The position numbers and the translations under genes were made by a program. A DNA stretch of 64,000 nucleotides from an uncultured Thermoleophilia bacterium (GTDB lineage Bacteria; Actinomycetota; Thermoleophilia; UBA2241), in assembly GCA_963775255.1 (NCBI GenBank), contig CAVZIA010000008.1, positions 1-64,000 of the forward strand, in the 5' to 3' direction. Shown piece by piece: positions 49,066 through 59,243 of the stretch. Numbering within the stretch: position 1 is the first letter of the stretch; each line of letters opens with the position of its first letter. The notes under the pieces were generated by a model. That model made no database searches. It saw only the letters and a list, made by a program, of their open reading frames with translations, and was not told the DNA's origin.

Positions 49066-49728
49066 TCAGGCCTCGCCCTCTTCTTCCTTCTTGCCGACCA
49101 GTTCGGGCTCGCCGGCGGTCGCGGCCTCTGCGGCCTCTTCGCCCTCGACGCCCTCCTCGACCTCGACCTTGCGCGGCGGCAGCACGGAGCACAGCACTTC
49201 TTCGGGGTCGTTGACGACCTCGATACCCTCCGGCACCACGAGGTCCGCGACCTTCAGCGTCTCGTTCATGTCGAGCTCGCTGATGTCCATGACGAGGTGC
49301 TCGGGAATGGCCGTGACGAGGCCCTTGACCGTGACCTCACGGGTGGACTCGTCGAGCATGCCGCCGGCCTTGACGCCCTTGGCCTCGCCCTCGAAGTGGA
49401 TGCCGACCGTGGTCTCGATGGTCTCGTCCAGGCGGATCTCCTGGAGGTCGATGTGGATGACGAAGTTCTTGACGCGGTCGAGCGTCATCTCCTTGACGAT
49501 CGCCTTGTGACCGCGCTTCTGGCCCTCGAACGTGACGTCGAGGACGGCGTGCGTGCCGGCCGGCGTGGTGAGCGCCTCGCGCAGCGCGTGCGGCTCCACG
49601 GCTATGAGTACCGCTTCGTGGCCGTGGCCGTAGATGACACCGGGGATGAGCCCCTCTTTGCGCAGACGCTTTGAGGCGCGGGTGCCGGTGACGTCGCGCT
49701 TGTGCACGACGATGTTGACGTTGTCCAT
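49066..49728 (-). CDS. rplY: 50S ribosomal protein L25 / general stress protein Ctc
   Basis: 'REGLIPGVIYGHG' L25 motif plus the Ctc-type C-terminal extension with an acidic tail. Confidence 0.85.
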   Translation of the reverse strand: MDNVNIVVHKRDVTGTRASKRLRKEGLIPGVIYGHGHEAVLIAVEPHALREALTTPAGTHAVLDVTFEGQKRGHKAIVKEMTLDRVKNFVIHIDLQEIRLDETIETTVGIHFEGEAKGVKAGGMLDESTREVTVKGLVTAIPEHLVMDISELDMNETLKVADLVVPEGIEVVNDPEEVLCSVLPPRKVEVEEGVEGEEAAEAATAGEPELVGKKEEEGEA

Positions 49729-49738
49729 TGGTAGTCTC

Positions 49739-50734
49739 CTAGAACAGCTGGTTGTCGCCGGCGAAGATCTCGCTCACCGACTCGTCTTCGAACACATTAC
49801 GGATGGTACGTGCGAGGGTGTCGGCCACCGAGAGTACCTTGATCTTGGTGTCGCCGAGGTCGAGCTTGAGATTGACGGTGTCGGTCACCACGACTTCTTT
49901 GACCGGTGACTGGCTGATGCGCTCATACGCCGGCCCGCTGAAGATGCCGTGCGTCGCGGTGACGTACACCTCCTTGGCGCCGTTCTCGTAGAGCGTGTCG
50001 ATAGCGCTCGTCACCGAGCCGGCAGTGTCGATGATGTCGTCCACGATGATGGCGATCTTGCCCTCCACGTCGCCGATGAAGTGCATGGTCTCGGCGACGT
50101 TGTGCTCCGGCCGCATCTTGGTGAGCACGGCGAGGTCGCAGCCGGGGATGCGGTTGATGAAGCGCTTCGCCAGCTTGACGCCGCCGGCGTCGGCCGAGAC
50201 GGCCACGAGCGGCGTGTCGCCGAAGTCCTTGTAGCGGAAGTAGTCGGCCAGCATGGGCACGGCCGTCATGTGGTCTACGGGGATCTCGAAGAAGCCCTGG
50301 ATCTGGCCTTGGTGCAGGTCCATCGAGAGCACGCGGTCGGCGCGCGCGGCCTCGAGCAGCGTGGCCACGAGGCGCGCCGTGATGGGCTCGCGCGCGGCGC
50401 TCTTCTTGTCCTGCCGGGAGTACGGGTAGTAGGGCATGACGGCGGTGATGCGCTTGGCGGAGGCAAGCTGCGCCGCCTGGATCATGATGAACAGCTCCAT
50501 GAGTTCGGCGTTGAGGTTGTCCCTGGGCGACTGCACGATGAACATGTCGGAGCCGCGCACGTTCTCCTCGTAGCGCGCGTAGATCTCGCCGTTGGAGAAC
50601 GTCTTGAGCTGGACCTGGCCGAGATTGACGTCGAGTTTGTCGGCGATCTTCGCCGCAAGGGTGGGGTTGCTGCGCCCCGAGAAGATCATGAGCCGCTTGC
50701 GCGGCGAGGTCACGCAGCAGGAGTTCTCCGCCAC
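49739..50734 (-). CDS. prs: Ribose-phosphate pyrophosphokinase
   Basis: 'LMIFSGRSNP', 'DLHQGQIQGFF' and 'IVDDIIDTAGS' PRPP-binding loop. Confidence 0.9.
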   Translation of the reverse strand: MAENSCCVTSPRKRLMIFSGRSNPTLAAKIADKLDVNLGQVQLKTFSNGEIYARYEENVRGSDMFIVQSPRDNLNAELMELFIMIQAAQLASAKRITAVMPYYPYSRQDKKSAAREPITARLVATLLEAARADRVLSMDLHQGQIQGFFEIPVDHMTAVPMLADYFRYKDFGDTPLVAVSADAGGVKLAKRFINRIPGCDLAVLTKMRPEHNVAETMHFIGDVEGKIAIIVDDIIDTAGSVTSAIDTLYENGAKEVYVTATHGIFSGPAYERISQSPVKEVVVTDTVNLKLDLGDTKIKVLSVADTLARTIRNVFEDESVSEIFAGDNQLF

Positions 50735-50816
50735 CGTAAGCCTTCTTTCGTTCGACGTCGGCCGAAGACCGATTCTACCAAAGCGCGCGGCGCGGGGTCC
50801 GTGAGGCCCCCCCGCC

Positions 50817-52226
50817 TCACGTGCCCTGCTCGCGCAGCCGGCGCGCCGCGCGACGTTCCGAGTAGCCCTCGATGTTCTTCTGCTGCTCGCGGGCCACGCC
50901 CAGAGAGCCCGCGGGCACGTCGCGCGTGATGACCGAGCCGGCCGCAGTGAAGGCGTCGTCGCCGATGGTCACCGGAGCGACGATGGTGGTGTCGCTGCCG
51001 GTGCGCACGCGGTCGCCGATGGACGTCGCGTGCTTGTCGTAGCCGTCGTAGTTGGCGGTGATGTTGCCGGCGGCGATGTTGCTGTCGTTGCCGACCACCG
51101 CATCGCCGACGTAACTGAGGTGCGGCACCTTGCTGCGCTCGCCGATGCGGCTGTTCTTGATCTCGACGAAGGTGCCCGCCTTGGCGCCCTCGGCCAGCAC
51201 GGTATTGGGGCGGATGTAGGCGAAGGGACCGACGTTACAGCCGGAGCTGATGACGCACTCGTACGCGTGCGAACTGATCACTCGGGCACGGTCGCCGACG
51301 AACGCGTCGCGAAGGAAGCTCCCCGGGCCGACCTCACTGGCGGCCCCGACGGTGGTGCGCCCCAGCAGGTGCGTGTTGGCGCGGATGAGCGTGTCCCGGC
51401 CGACCTCGACGCCGAAATCCACGTAGGTGGTCTCCGGGTCCTCTACGGTGACGCCGGCGAGCATGAGCCGCTCGAGCAGGCGCCAGCGCATCGCCGCACT
51501 GACGATCGCGAGCTCCACGCGCGAGTTGACGCCCATGCACATCTCTTCGTCGTCGCTCTCGAAGCTCGCGACCGTGTGCCCGGCGTCGAGCAGCAGGTGC
51601 ACGACGTCGGTGAGATACAACTCGCCCTGGTCGTTGTCGCTCTCGAGGCGGCCCAGAGCCGGGCGCAGGGCCTCGGAGCGGAACACGTACAGACCGACGT
51701 TGATCTCCGCGATCTCCTGCTCGTCGAGCGAGGCGTCGCGGAACTCGACGATGCGGGCCACGTCGCCCTTGTCGTCGCGCACGATGCGGCCGTAATGCTC
51801 GGGGTCGTCCAGCTCGACGGTAGTGAGCGTGGCTGCGGCGTCTGCGTCGAGGTGACACTCGCGCAGTGCGGCGACGAAGTCCGCGTCGACCAGCGGCACG
51901 TCGCCGTACAGCACCATGACGTCGCCCTCGAAGCCGGTCAGCGGCTCAAGGCCGGCGCGGACGGCGTCGCCGGTGCCGCGTCGCTGCTGCTGCACGGCAC
52001 GCTCGCAGCCCACGGGGAGGATCTCGGTGATGGCGTCCTGGTCGGGACCGGTGACGACCACGACGCGGTCCGGCGAGACGCTGAGCGCCGCGTCGATGAC
52101 GTAAGAGAGCATGGGGCGACCGCACACGTCGTGCAGCACCTTGGGGAGGTCGGACTTCATGCGCGTCCCGAGACCGGCCGCCAGGATGACGACGGCGAGC
52201 GGGCGCTTCTTCTCTGGTGTGTTCAT
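50817..52226 (-). CDS. glmU: Bifunctional UDP-N-acetylglucosamine pyrophosphorylase / glucosamine-1-phosphate N-acetyltransferase
   Basis: 'AVVILAAGLGTRMKS' NTP-transferase motif. The C-terminal hexapeptide repeats end 'NYDGYDKH'. Start 'MNTPEKKRP' placed after the tRNA-Gln. Confidence 0.9.
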   Translation of the reverse strand: MNTPEKKRPLAVVILAAGLGTRMKSDLPKVLHDVCGRPMLSYVIDAALSVSPDRVVVVTGPDQDAITEILPVGCERAVQQQRRGTGDAVRAGLEPLTGFEGDVMVLYGDVPLVDADFVAALRECHLDADAAATLTTVELDDPEHYGRIVRDDKGDVARIVEFRDASLDEQEIAEINVGLYVFRSEALRPALGRLESDNDQGELYLTDVVHLLLDAGHTVASFESDDEEMCMGVNSRVELAIVSAAMRWRLLERLMLAGVTVEDPETTYVDFGVEVGRDTLIRANTHLLGRTTVGAASEVGPGSFLRDAFVGDRARVISSHAYECVISSGCNVGPFAYIRPNTVLAEGAKAGTFVEIKNSRIGERSKVPHLSYVGDAVVGNDSNIAAGNITANYDGYDKHATSIGDRVRTGSDTTIVAPVTIGDDAFTAAGSVITRDVPAGSLGVAREQQKNIEGYSERRAARRLREQGT

Positions 52227-52243
52227 GTGGTTCACCTTGAGGC

Positions 52244-52318
52244 TGGCTGGGGCGGGAGGATTCGAACCTCCGGATGCCGGGACCAAAACCCGGTGCCTTA
52301 CCACTTGGCTACGCCCCA
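52244..52318 (-). tRNA. tRNA-Gln (anticodon UUG), encoded CCA
   Basis: Reverse complement TGGGGCGTAGCCAAGTGGTAAGGCACCGGGTTTTGGTCCCGGCATCCGGAGGTTCGAATCCTCCCGCCCCAGCCA. Anticodon stem CCGGG/CCCGG with loop uuUUGgu. Confidence 0.8.
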
Positions 52319-52385
52319 GCGTGGAACGGCAGGGGCGCCGCGAGGCGACCTGACGCCCGCCGCGGCGGCACGAAAGCATAGCACG

Positions 52386-53327
52386 CTAGGCCTCGGCGCG
52401 CCCCTTGCGACGGCCCTCCGGACCGGGCTGGAGGTCGGTGACGTACCAGGCGCGGGCGGGGGCGGCGGCCTCCCGCGCCTTCTTCGCCTTCGCCTCCGAG
52501 GCGAACACGCCGAACACGGCGGCGCCGCTGCCGGTCATCGCCGCCGCCAGGGCGCCCGCGCCGCGCAGGCGCGCGATCAGCTCGCCGACCTTCTCCTTGC
52601 GCGCCACGACGCTCGGCTCCAGGTCGTTGGCCACCAGCGCTGCCACCTCCCTGGCCGTGGCGGCGGCCTCGACGCGACTCGCGAACAGCCGCGCGCGCGG
52701 GGCGAAGTCCCTGAGCGTCACCTCGGCGTCTTCGTCGCGCCACTTGTACACGGCCGCCGTGCTCAGCCCGAGGTCCGGCATGGCGATCACGAGGTGGAGG
52801 GCGGGCAGCTCGACGTCCTTGAGCACCTGCCCGCGACCCATGGCGAGCTGCGGACCGGGCCAGAGAAAGAAAGGCACGTCGCTGCCGACGGCCAGGGCGA
52901 CGTCGTAGCGCAACCTGACCGAGAGGTCGAGGTCGAACAGCCGCTCCAGCGCGAGCAGCGTGGCGGCGGCGTCCGAGCTGCCTCCGCCCAGGCCGCCACC
53001 GGCCGGCACGCGCTTGTCGATGGTCACGCGGACTTCGAACGAGCGACCCAGCCGCAGCTCGAGCTCGCGCACGAGTTTGGCGGCGAGGTTGTCGTCGCCG
53101 GGGGCGATGGCGCAGGCAACCTCCAGCCCGGCGCCCGGCGCCTTCTCGACCGTCACGTGGTCGGCGAGCGTCACCGGCAGCATCAGGGAGGCGACCTCGT
53201 GGAAGCCGTCCGGTCTCACCGGCCCGACCAGCAGCGCGAGGTTCAGTTTGGCCGGCGCCGCGATCTCGACGCGGTCCAGTGCGTGCTCCCCGATGCTCAT
53301 CCCGATCTTCTCCCGGCCGCCGGTCAT
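52386..53327 (-). CDS. ispE: 4-diphosphocytidyl-2-C-methyl-D-erythritol kinase
   Basis: 'APAKLNLAL', 'GGGLGGGSSDAAA' GHMP ATP-binding loop. The start at 53327 overlaps the ksgA stop (ATGA); the alternative start is 53300. Confidence 0.8.
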   Translation of the reverse strand: MTGGREKIGMSIGEHALDRVEIAAPAKLNLALLVGPVRPDGFHEVASLMLPVTLADHVTVEKAPGAGLEVACAIAPGDDNLAAKLVRELELRLGRSFEVRVTIDKRVPAGGGLGGGSSDAAATLLALERLFDLDLSVRLRYDVALAVGSDVPFFLWPGPQLAMGRGQVLKDVELPALHLVIAMPDLGLSTAAVYKWRDEDAEVTLRDFAPRARLFASRVEAAATAREVAALVANDLEPSVVARKEKVGELIARLRGAGALAAAMTGSGAAVFGVFASEAKAKKAREAAAPARAWYVTDLQPGPEGRRKGRAEA

Positions 53328-54217
53328 CCGGCCGCCTCGCGGCCAAGGCCGCCGGCGAACGCCAGCCACTGCGGCGGCGCAAGCTCCTCCGGCCGCGCCG
53401 CCTCCCCTTTGCCGAGCGCCCGCAAGCCGGCGCGCACGTCGTCGCGGCTCAGCGTGACGCCTCGGTAGGCGCCGCCGCCGAGCGAGTTCACGAGCGTCTT
53501 GCGGCGCTGCCCGAAGGCGAGGCGCACGAGATGCGCGACCTCCGCGTACTCGGCCGACGCGGGAGCCTCGTCGTCGCCGCGCCGCACGAACGTCAGGAAG
53601 CTCGACTCCACGCGCGGGCGCGGCCGGAAAGCAGACGCGGGCACCGGCCGCGCCTTCTCCAGCCGGCAGGCGAGCTGCGTGAGCACCGAGACGGCCGAGT
53701 AGGCCTTGGTGGACGGCGACGCGAAGAGGCGCTCGCCGAGTTCCTTCTGCACCATCACCGACCAGCGCCGCACAGACGGCAGCTCGGCGATGGTCGTCAT
53801 GATCAGCGGGATTGCTATGTTGTAGGCGAGATTGGCGACCACGGCCGTCGGCGCCGGGTCGAGCGCCGGCAGGTCGGCCCTGAGGGCGTCGCCGGAGTGC
53901 AGCACCAGCTTGGGGTCAGCGGCCGCCAGCTCCTGGAGCCGCGGCAGCCAGCGGCGGTCGATCTCGAACGCGTGCACGAGGCGCGCCTGCTCGAGCATGG
54001 GCCGCGTGAGCAGCCCCCCCGCCGCGCCGACCTCCAGCACGACGTCCTCGGGCGTGACCTTCGCCTGGTCGACAATGGCATTCAGCACGTTCTTGTCGAC
54101 CAGGTGGTTCTGGCCGTACCGGCGCAGGGCCTGAGGCCGCGGGGGGCGGGTGCGATCCCCCGCGCGCGGGGGACGGTTGCGGTCGCCCGCGCCCGGCGGG
54201 CGCCCGGAGCCGCTCAC
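53324..54217 (-). CDS. rsmA: 16S rRNA (adenine1518-N6/adenine1519-N6)-dimethyltransferase
   Basis: 'GQNHLVD' and 'VLEVGAAGGLLT' SAM motif, 'ANLAYNI'. N-terminal low-complexity extension 'RPPGAGDRNRPPRAGDRTRPPRP' encoded by an imperfect ~27-bp tandem repeat. Confidence 0.85.
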   Translation of the reverse strand: MSGSGRPPGAGDRNRPPRAGDRTRPPRPQALRRYGQNHLVDKNVLNAIVDQAKVTPEDVVLEVGAAGGLLTRPMLEQARLVHAFEIDRRWLPRLQELAAADPKLVLHSGDALRADLPALDPAPTAVVANLAYNIAIPLIMTTIAELPSVRRWSVMVQKELGERLFASPSTKAYSAVSVLTQLACRLEKARPVPASAFRPRPRVESSFLTFVRRGDDEAPASAEYAEVAHLVRLAFGQRRKTLVNSLGGGAYRGVTLSRDDVRAGLRALGKGEAARPEELAPPQWLAFAGGLGREAAG

Positions 54218-54239
54218 GTCAGGCCGTCCCTCGCTGGGC

Positions 54240-54300
54240 CCTGCCGAGCCGAGGGCCGCTCAATAGCACTGCGGCTGCTGCGCGCCTGCGGGCATCAGTC
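54240..54300. repeat. Third, inverted copy of the structured repeat family seen at 17553-17704 (shared core GCTCAATAGCACT...GCGCCTGCGGG)
   Basis: The reverse complement gives CCCGCAGGCGC...AGTGCTATTGAGCGG, matching the core of the copA-downstream copies. It lies in the 77-bp gap between ksgA and tatD. Confidence 0.5.
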
Positions 54301-55101
54301 CGTCTCCGCGAGGCCGAACACGCGGCGGGCGTTGGCCGTGGTCAGCTCCGCCAGCTCGCCCGCGGGCACGCCGCGCACCTCGGCGACCACAGCCGCCGTG
54401 TGCGCAACATATTCGGGCACGTTGCTGTCACCGCGATGGGGCACCGGCGTCAGGAACGGTGCGTCGGTTTCCACCAGAAGGCGGTCGGCGCGCACCCCGG
54501 CCGCGGCCTCGCGCAGGTCGCCGGCGTTCTTGTAGGTCACGTTGCCGGCGAAGCTGGCGTAGTAGCCGCGCTCCACGCACTCGTCAACATACTGCGGCAG
54601 GGAGAAGCAGTGCATGACGACGGTGACGCCGTCCGCCTCGTGCGCCAGCTGTGCCAGCGCCTCGTCGCCGGCCTCGCGCACGTGCACGACCAGCGGCAGG
54701 CCGGCGCGGCGCGCCAGCTCGATCTGAGCACTGAACGCGCGCCGCTGCGCGTCGCGCGGCGAGAGGTCGCGGAAGAAGTCCAGGCCGGCCTCGCCGACCG
54801 CGACCACCCGCGGCCGGGTCGTCAGCTCCTCGAGCCCGGCCAGGTACTCGTCGTCCAGCAGGTGCGCCTCATGCGGGTGCAGGCCGACGGTGGCGTACAC
54901 GCCGTCGAACGAACTCGCGAGCTCGACGGCCTTCTGCGACGTCTCGAGGTCGATGCCGATGGTGACAAGTTGTCGCACGCCGGCGGCCCGCGCCCCGGCG
55001 ACGGCGCCGGCGGTGTCTTCGATCATCTCGAGGTGGCAGTGCGAGTCGACCAGCCGCAGCGGCGACGCGCCCCGCTCGCCGCCTGCGGGTGCGTCCGACA
55101 C
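54295..55101 (-). CDS. tatD: TatD-family metal-dependent hydrolase (DNase)
   Basis: 'LVDSHCHL', 'GLHPHEA', 'VAVGEAGLDF', 'VVHVREA', 'VMHCFS' and 'LLVETDAPFL'. GTG start at 55101, 5 nt after the metG stop. Confidence 0.8.
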   Translation of the reverse strand: MSDAPAGGERGASPLRLVDSHCHLEMIEDTAGAVAGARAAGVRQLVTIGIDLETSQKAVELASSFDGVYATVGLHPHEAHLLDDEYLAGLEELTTRPRVVAVGEAGLDFFRDLSPRDAQRRAFSAQIELARRAGLPLVVHVREAGDEALAQLAHEADGVTVVMHCFSLPQYVDECVERGYYASFAGNVTYKNAGDLREAAAGVRADRLLVETDAPFLTPVPHRGDSNVPEYVAHTAAVVAEVRGVPAGELAELTTANARRVFGLAETD

Positions 55102-55106
55102 CGGGG

Positions 55107-56633
55107 TCACTCCGTCTCGAGCCGCGGGAAGAGCGACGGCCCCACGACGACGGTCGCCGACGTCAGCGACTCCCACGTCGCCTTCTCGAGCAGCAAGTCG
55201 TCGGGCTCGCTCGCCTGCCCGAGCCGTGAGAGCACTTCGACCGCCGCGACCGGGATCACCGGGTACACGGCGAGAGCTACCAGCCGCAGGCCCGCCGCCA
55301 GGCCGTTGAGCACGGCGTCCAGGCGGGCCGCCTGCGCCTCGTCCTTGGCGAGCTTCCACGGCGCCTCTTCTTCCACGAGCCGATTGAGGCGCCGCACGTA
55401 CTCCCAGATAGTGTCCAGCGCGGCGGTCACGTTGAAGTCGGCGTACTGCTCGGCCGACCTGGCGAGCATTGCCTCGCCTTCGCGGGACACTCCGGCCAAA
55501 GTCTCACCCTCAGGTCCAGCTTGAGGGATTGCCCCGTCGCGATACTTGCCGATCATGCTGACGCTGCGGCTGAGCAGGTTGCCCAGCTCGTTGGCCAGCT
55601 CGTTGTTGTAGCGGGCGCGCAGGCCGTCGAGGCTCACGTCGCCGTCCTGACCCAGCGTGACCTCGCGCATGAGGTAGTAGCGCAGCGGCTCGGCGCCGAG
55701 TTCCTCGATGACCTCGATGGGATCCAGCGTGTTGCCTCGGGTCTTGCTCATCTTCTCGCCGCCGACGAGCAGGTAGCCGTGGATGAGCTCGCCGGTGGGC
55801 AGGTCGTAGCCCGCGCTCATGAGCAGAGCCGGCCAGATGACGGCGTGGAACTTGAGGATGTCCTTGGCCAGGAAGTGGAACGCCGGCCAGTAGCGCGCCA
55901 CGAGGTCCTCGCCCGGGCGCGCGTAGGTCAGCGCGCTCAGGTAGTTGATGAGCGCGTCGACCCACACGTAGATGACCTGCTCCTCGTCCCAGGGGACGGG
56001 CACGCCCCAGGTGATGCTCGAGCGGCTGATGCTGATGTCCTCGAGGCCCTGCTCGATGAACGACAGGGCCTCGTTGTAACGCGAGCGCGGCCTGACGAAG
56101 CCGGGGTTGGCCTTGAAGAAGTCCGCGAGCTTGTCCTGGTACTTGCTGAGCAGGAAGTAATAGTTCTCCTCCTCCAGCCACGTGGGCTTTATGCCGTGCT
56201 GCGGGCACAGGCCGTCGGGCGTGAGGTCGCGCTCGTACCAGAAGCCCTCGCAGGCGGTGCAGTAGAGGCCGCCGTAGCTGCGCTTCTCGATGTCGCCGGC
56301 GGCCTTGAGCTTCTCCACGAACGCCTGCACGAACTTCTCGTGCTCCGGGTCCGTGGTGCGGATGAAGAAATCGTTGCTGGCGCCCACCGCCGCGGCCAGG
56401 GCGCGGTACTTGGGCGCCATCTGGTCGACGTGTTGCTGCGGCGTGAGTCCGCGCTCCTCCGCCGCCTGCGCGATCTTGGTGCCGTGCTCGTCCACGCCGG
56501 TCAGGAAGAACACGTCCTCACCGCGCTGACGGTGGTGGCGAGCGAGAACATCGGCGGCGATGGTCGTGTACGCGTGCCCGTGGTGCGGCTCGCTGTTGAC
56601 GTAGTAGATGGGGGTGGTGATGTAGAAGCTCAC
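55107..56633 (-). CDS. metG: Methionine--tRNA ligase
   Basis: 'PIYYVNSEPHHGHAYTTI' HIGH region, 'KMSKTRGN' KMSKS motif and zinc knuckle 'CTACEGF...CPQHG'. Confidence 0.9.
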   Translation of the reverse strand: MSFYITTPIYYVNSEPHHGHAYTTIAADVLARHHRQRGEDVFFLTGVDEHGTKIAQAAEERGLTPQQHVDQMAPKYRALAAAVGASNDFFIRTTDPEHEKFVQAFVEKLKAAGDIEKRSYGGLYCTACEGFWYERDLTPDGLCPQHGIKPTWLEEENYYFLLSKYQDKLADFFKANPGFVRPRSRYNEALSFIEQGLEDISISRSSITWGVPVPWDEEQVIYVWVDALINYLSALTYARPGEDLVARYWPAFHFLAKDILKFHAVIWPALLMSAGYDLPTGELIHGYLLVGGEKMSKTRGNTLDPIEVIEELGAEPLRYYLMREVTLGQDGDVSLDGLRARYNNELANELGNLLSRSVSMIGKYRDGAIPQAGPEGETLAGVSREGEAMLARSAEQYADFNVTAALDTIWEYVRRLNRLVEEEAPWKLAKDEAQAARLDAVLNGLAAGLRLVALAVYPVIPVAAVEVLSRLGQASEPDDLLLEKATWESLTSATVVVGPSLFPRLETE

Positions 56634-56774
56634 GCGGGAGAGTCTACCTCACCGAGGCGCGGCCTATGCGGCACGTCGCGTCGCGACGCGGAGTCGCCTG
56701 GAGACAAGCATCCCCGCGGCTCGGAGGACAGCGCCGCAGGGATGCTCAGGGGGACTGGGGAGATCGCGGCGGCG

Positions 56775-57479
56775 TCAGCCGCCCAGGTATGCCTTGCGGA
56801 TGTAGTCGCTCTTGCCGAGAGCCTCGGAGTCGCCTGAGACGGCTACTTCGCCGACTTCCAGCGCATAGGCACGGTCGGAGATCCTCAATGCCATCCGTGC
56901 GTTCTGTTCCACGAGCAGCACGGTGAGTCCCTGGCTGTTCAGCTCCTTGATGGTCCTGGCCACCTCGCTCACGACCAGCGGCGCCAGACCCAGTGACGGC
57001 TCGTCGAGCATCAGCAGCTTGGGACCCGACATAAGACTGCGTCCGATGGTGACCATCTGCTGCTGGCCACCGCTCAGGGTACCGGCCTTCTGCCTCAGCC
57101 TGTCCTTGAGATCCGGAAACAGCTCGTAGACCTTCTCGAGTTGCTCCCTTTTGGCCCCGCCGCGACGGCTGAAGGCCCCCATCTGCAGGTTCTCGAGGAC
57201 CGTCATGAACGGGAACAACCGCCTGCCCTCCATGCAGAAGGCGACGCCCCGCCTGACGACATCCTCAGTGCGTTTGCCGTCGATCCTCTCGCCCTCGAAC
57301 CACACCTCGCCCGCAGCCGGATGCAGCAGGCCCATGATCGTCTTCAGTGTCGTCGTCTTGCCTGAGCCGTTGGCGCCGACGATGCTGACCATCTCACCCT
57401 CGGCGATCTCAAGCGAGACGCATTTGAGAGCTTTGACCTTGTCGTAGTTGACCGAAACGTCTCTGAACTCAAGCATCAT
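56775..57479 (-). CDS. livF: Branched-chain amino acid-type ABC transporter ATP-binding protein
   Basis: Walker A 'GANGSGKTT', signature 'LSGGQQQMV', Walker B 'LMLDEPS'. Confidence 0.85.
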   Translation of the reverse strand: MMLEFRDVSVNYDKVKALKCVSLEIAEGEMVSIVGANGSGKTTTLKTIMGLLHPAAGEVWFEGERIDGKRTEDVVRRGVAFCMEGRRLFPFMTVLENLQMGAFSRRGGAKREQLEKVYELFPDLKDRLRQKAGTLSGGQQQMVTIGRSLMSGPKLLMLDEPSLGLAPLVVSEVARTIKELNSQGLTVLLVEQNARMALRISDRAYALEVGEVAVSGDSEALGKSDYIRKAYLGG

Positions 57480-58245
57480 CGTCGTCGGGCCTCCCCAAGT
57501 ACGCCTCGATCACGGCGGCGTCGCACTGGACCTCGTTGCAGCTGCCCTCGGCGATCTTGCGACCGAAGTTGAGCACCATGATCCGCTCACAGACGCTCAT
57601 GACGACGCGCATTGCGTGCTCCACCAGGAGGATGGTGATGCCCTGCAGGCGGATGCGCTCGATGAAACCCATCATCGCTTCGATTTCGTCCGCGTTCATG
57701 CCTGTGACCGGCTCGTCGAGGCACAGGAGCTTCGGATCCGTGGCAAGCGCTACAGCGACACCGAGCGCCCGCTGGTGTCCGTGAGGCAGGTCCTTGGCGA
57801 GTTTCGATCGGACGGCCGTCAGGCCGGCCAGCTCCATGATCTCCTCCGCGCGCTGCCGCATCTCCAGCTCCCTGCGGCGAACCGCCGACAAGCCGATGAT
57901 GTCGGCCAGGAGATTGGCGCGCGCCGGGATGTGACAGGCGACGAGGATGTTGTCGAACACACTGAGATTGGAGAACAGCAAGGTGCCTTGGAACGTGCGC
58001 ACCAAGCCGCGCTCCGCGATTCCGTGCGGCTTCATTCCGGTCACATCACGGCCTTGGAACACTACCTTCCCGGCGCTCGGCTTCATGACCCCACTGAGGA
58101 GATTGAAGAACGTGCTCTTGCCGGCGCCGTTGGGGCCGATGACACCGATGACCTCGCCCGGCTCGACGACCAGGTCGACCTTCGAGAGCGCCTCCACGCC
58201 GCCGAACCGCTTGCTGAGCTGGTGCACCTCGAGGATGGGCATCAC
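57469..58245 (-). CDS. livG: Branched-chain amino acid-type ABC transporter ATP-binding protein
   Basis: Walker A 'GPNGAGKST' and Walker B 'LCLDEP'; LivG-type layout. Confidence 0.85.
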   Translation of the reverse strand: MMPILEVHQLSKRFGGVEALSKVDLVVEPGEVIGVIGPNGAGKSTFFNLLSGVMKPSAGKVVFQGRDVTGMKPHGIAERGLVRTFQGTLLFSNLSVFDNILVACHIPARANLLADIIGLSAVRRRELEMRQRAEEIMELAGLTAVRSKLAKDLPHGHQRALGVAVALATDPKLLCLDEPVTGMNADEIEAMMGFIERIRLQGITILLVEHAMRVVMSVCERIMVLNFGRKIAEGSCNEVQCDAAVIEAYLGRPDDDDA

Positions 58246-59243
58246 GAACTCCCCTCGACGAGACTGTCCAACGGGGGTGGGTCCTCATCATCGGATGCCC
58301 TTGCCCGGCCTGCTTTCACGCGTATGTAACCGACGAGGCCGACGATCCCCTGCGGCATGACCATGACGGTGAGCAGGAGCGCGCCCGCGTACAGCAGCGC
58401 CTGCAGGATGCCGGACATGCGCAGGCCCTCGGCGACCAGAGTCATCAGGACCGCACCGAAGATCGGACCCCACATCCTGCGTTCGCCGCCGATCACGAGC
58501 CACACGAGGATGTAGACCGAGCCCCACCAGCTGAAGTCGTTCGCGGAGATGTAGGCCGCGTCGTGAGCGAAGAGGCTGCCGGCGAGACCGGCGAACGCGG
58601 CTCCAATAGCGAACGCGAGAACACGGTTCCTGAGAACGTTGATACCGCTCACCGCGGCCAGCCCCTCCGCGCTGCCGATGGGCGCCAGCTCACGCCCGAA
58701 ACGAGACCTCTCGATGCGATACATGACCAGCACGGTGATGACGGCGAACGCAAGGATGACGAAGTAGTCCTGGGTCTGCGTTCCCGAGCCGATGATCGGC
58801 GCGAAGACCAGGATGCCCGCATCGCCCCCGGTGACTGAAGACCAGTGCAGGAACACAGAGTTCATGACTTCGAGGAAACCGAAGGTGACGAGGAAGAAGT
58901 AGACGCCGCGCACCCGCGCCGCCGGGATGATGAGCGCCATGGAAAAGAGCGCGGCCACGACCCCGGCGGCGATGAAGCAGATCCACACAGGGTACCCGAG
59001 CTTGGACGACAGGAGAGCTGAGGTGTAAGCACCGATGGCGAAGAACGTGATATGGCAGAACGAGTACAGCCCGGTGAGGCACAGCAGCCGGTAGCCAAGC
59101 ACGAGTGTGATGTTCAGGAACACGAGAATTCCGATGTGGGCGTAGTAGTCACCCCCAACGAACGGTGCGAGGCCGACCAGCGCGGACAGGCCGACTGCGA
59201 TGACACCGATGACGGCCCAGCGGAGAGGCGACGTCCTAGTCAT
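58242..59243 (-). CDS. livM: Branched-chain amino acid-type ABC transporter permease
   Basis: Polytopic membrane protein of LivM pattern, overlapping the neighbouring genes by 4-8 nt. Confidence 0.8.
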   Translation of the reverse strand: MTRTSPLRWAVIGVIAVGLSALVGLAPFVGGDYYAHIGILVFLNITLVLGYRLLCLTGLYSFCHITFFAIGAYTSALLSSKLGYPVWICFIAAGVVAALFSMALIIPAARVRGVYFFLVTFGFLEVMNSVFLHWSSVTGGDAGILVFAPIIGSGTQTQDYFVILAFAVITVLVMYRIERSRFGRELAPIGSAEGLAAVSGINVLRNRVLAFAIGAAFAGLAGSLFAHDAAYISANDFSWWGSVYILVWLVIGGERRMWGPIFGAVLMTLVAEGLRMSGILQALLYAGALLLTVMVMPQGIVGLVGYIRVKAGRARASDDEDPPPLDSLVEGSS